DNA of 17,406 nt from an uncultured archaeon (GTDB lineage Archaea; Asgardarchaeota; Lokiarchaeia; Sigyniarchaeales; SOKP01): positions 1 through 17,406 of the forward strand of contig CAYLZE010000110.1 in assembly GCA_964388035.1 (NCBI GenBank). Reading direction: 5' to 3'. The number at the start of each line of letters is the position of its first letter. Within the stretch, counting starts at the first letter, position 1. Below are positions 15,440 through 17,406 of the stretch, piece after piece. Under the pieces are notes generated by a model that saw only the letters and a program-made list of their open reading frames with translations, made no database searches and was not told where the DNA came from. The position numbers were made by a program, and so were the translations under genes.

Positions 15440-15736
15440 GGAGAATTTTAATAATGTAGTATAATTGATTTTTTTTTTACCTTTTTGTAATATTATAATA
15501 TTCAGGATTCACGCATGATTAATTTTTAATAGAACAGAAATGTTGCATTAAAAATATTTCCTTAATAATTTAATGCATCAATATTGTCAGATTTTGATCC
15601 AAAATCAATGTGCAATGTAATTAATGGGAAAGATCGAACATGTTCATCTAAATATTTTATAAGAACCACGTATAAAAATTCACTGAGATGCATTAAGAAT
15701 TGAATTGAAAATGAAAAAATAGAGTTGATTAAGTAA

Positions 15737-17406
15737 ATGGAAGGAAAAAGAATATCGCAACATGAATCAGTAAGAAAGGTATATGAGCGAATAAAGAAAG
15801 ATGGAATGAACAATATTTGGGATCGGTTTCAAGCGCAGGGTTTTGGGAGCGATCCCGACAAGCGATGTCCTTTTTGTTTAAAAGGGGCACGATGCGATTT
15901 ATGCTCGAATGGCCCATGTCGTGCGGATGTTTCTATAGATAAAAGAGGAGTATGTGGCATCACGGCGGATGGCATGGCAATGCGAATGATGCTTCTTAGA
16001 AATGTCATGGGAGCTTCGACATATCATTATCATACAGAAACCACGTTAAGGACCTTAAATGCGATTCTTGATGGAAAGAGCCCGTTTCAAATTAAAGAGC
16101 CAAAAAAATTGAAAAATTTTGCCAAGAGGTTAGGCGTCAATACGGATGGAGAATCAAAAGAAATAGCGAAAAGATTACATGATTTTGTTAAAGAAGATTT
16201 TAACGTGGATTTTACAAAACACAGCAAAATTGTCGAAGCCTTGGCACCACCCGAACGAAAAGAAACTTGGAATAAATTAGGAATTTTTCCAGGAGGAATT
16301 TATGGAGAGATGATGCTCTCTACCAGTTCTTGCTTAACAAATGTAGATGGATATTACGCCAGTTTAGCTCTAAAGGCAATGCGATTAGGCATTTCTATGG
16401 CTTATCAGAGTCAAATAGTGAATGAATTTCTTCAAGATATCATATTTAATGTTCCCAAACCCCACAAGATGAGGGTAAACCTAGGTGTATTAGACCCAGA
16501 TTATGTAAACGTATTGCCTAACGGGCACGAGCCATTTTTGGGCTTTGCCATGGTACAAGTGGCCCGAAAGCCTGAATGGCAAGAAAAGGCCAAGGTAGTG
16601 GGTGCGAAAGGGTTAAGGATAATTGCAAATATAGAAACAGGTCAGGAAATGATCCAAAGATGGGAAATGGATGATGTATTCTATGGATTCACGGGTAATT
16701 GGATAATGCAAGAAGCAGTCTTGGCAAGTGGATGCATTGATGCCTTCGTGGCAGACATGAATTGTTCCATGCCAATTGATCCCTTTTACGCCAAGAGATA
16801 TAAATTTAAACTCATTCCCGTATCAGAAGTGGTTGCATTTGAGGGAATCAATGAGAGATTAGATTATATTCCTGAAAAAGCAGAAGAACAAGCGGAAAAG
16901 CTCCTACAAATGGCAATTAGCAATTTCAAAGAACGAAGGGAAAGCATTGAACCCGTGACAGGCTTAGATATGAATGAAGCCATCGTGGGATTTTCGACGG
17001 AAAGCATTTTAGATGCGTTAGGAGGTACTTTAGAACCTTTATTGGATAATTTGAAAAATGGGAAAATACGAGGAATTGCGGGAATGATCTCTTGTACTAC
17101 TTTAAGGGACAAGGGACAAGATGTACACACGGTAGAAGTCACAAAGGAATTGATTAAACGAGATGTTTTGGTGCTATCGATGGGTTGTGGGAATGGTGCT
17201 GTTCAGGTAGCAGGGTTATGTAGTCTTGATGCTCAAAAATTGGCAGGACCTGGTCTGAGAGAGGTGTGTGAGGCATTAAATATTCCTCCGGTTCTAAGTT
17301 ACGGGACGTGTACTGACACGGGAAGAATCGCAGATCTGATCGGAGCCGTATCGGATGCCTTGAATGGTGTAGCAATTCCAGACCTACCGATTGTAGCTGC
17401 AGCTCC
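15737..17406 (+). CDS. cooS: Anaerobic CooS-family carbon monoxide dehydrogenase-like protein, atypical C-cluster (clade D-like), partial
   Basis: Not in the ORF track because it runs off the edge. MEGKRISQH...RCPFCLKGARCDLCSNGPCR...GVCG, NLGVLDPDYVN...NGHEP, ANIETGQE, DMNC, ISCTT, SMGC, IPPVLSYGTCTDTGR, DLPIVAAA. Confidence 0.93.
   Translation, partial: MEGKRISQHESVRKVYERIKKDGMNNIWDRFQAQGFGSDPDKRCPFCLKGARCDLCSNGPCRADVSIDKRGVCGITADGMAMRMMLLRNVMGASTYHYHTETTLRTLNAILDGKSPFQIKEPKKLKNFAKRLGVNTDGESKEIAKRLHDFVKEDFNVDFTKHSKIVEALAPPERKETWNKLGIFPGGIYGEMMLSTSSCLTNVDGYYASLALKAMRLGISMAYQSQIVNEFLQDIIFNVPKPHKMRVNLGVLDPDYVNVLPNGHEPFLGFAMVQVARKPEWQEKAKVVGAKGLRIIANIETGQEMIQRWEMDDVFYGFTGNWIMQEAVLASGCIDAFVADMNCSMPIDPFYAKRYKFKLIPVSEVVAFEGINERLDYIPEKAEEQAEKLLQMAISNFKERRESIEPVTGLDMNEAIVGFSTESILDALGGTLEPLLDNLKNGKIRGIAGMISCTTLRDKGQDVHTVEVTKELIKRDVLVLSMGCGNGAVQVAGLCSLDAQKLAGPGLREVCEALNIPPVLSYGTCTDTGRIADLIGAVSDALNGVAIPDLPIVAAA

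Noticed and set aside
15562-17375. Minus-strand ORFs 15562-15813, 15729-15917, 16864-17142, 17154-17375
   Set aside because: Antisense to the cooS frame and its promoter.
1-17406. CRISPR arrays, tRNA/rRNA genes, intact transposases/integrases, Sec/Pyl read-through
   Set aside because: No regular repeat-spacer pattern, cloverleaf or recombinase motif seen. The TGA/TAG stops of the PEBP, glycerate kinase, lpdA and MFS genes fall at the expected family C-termini.

Overview
AT-rich archaeal-type window with short GAGG/GGAG Shine-Dalgarno sites, several TTG starts and T-rich gene ends. The gene content, including a stand-alone longin-like protein, points to an Asgard archaeon (Lokiarchaeia-like); this is inference. 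Metabolic and housekeeping genes: C_GCAxxG_C_C redox protein, DUF998-like membrane protein, PEBP/YbhB, MBL hydrolase, MOFRL glycerate kinase, lpdA, a GPH-type MFS transporter, and an atypical CooS-family CODH that runs off the right edge. The ORF track missed two edge genes (coiled-coil protein <1..590 on -, CODH 15737..>17406 on +) and mis-called a doubly disrupted DUF4386-like pseudogene. The most interesting part is 4795-9309, three adjacent genes resembling separate building blocks of eukaryotic vesicle coats/adaptors: a longin domain, a cytoplasmic 7-bladed BBS2/ITFG2-like beta-propeller with a winged-helix-like tail, and a 736-aa protein with the ordered motifs of a mu-homology domain (AP-mu/delta-COP) plus extra Ig-like domains. 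The lpdA-MFS intergenic region also holds a candidate structured RNA. All assignments are by eye from motifs; no searches were run.
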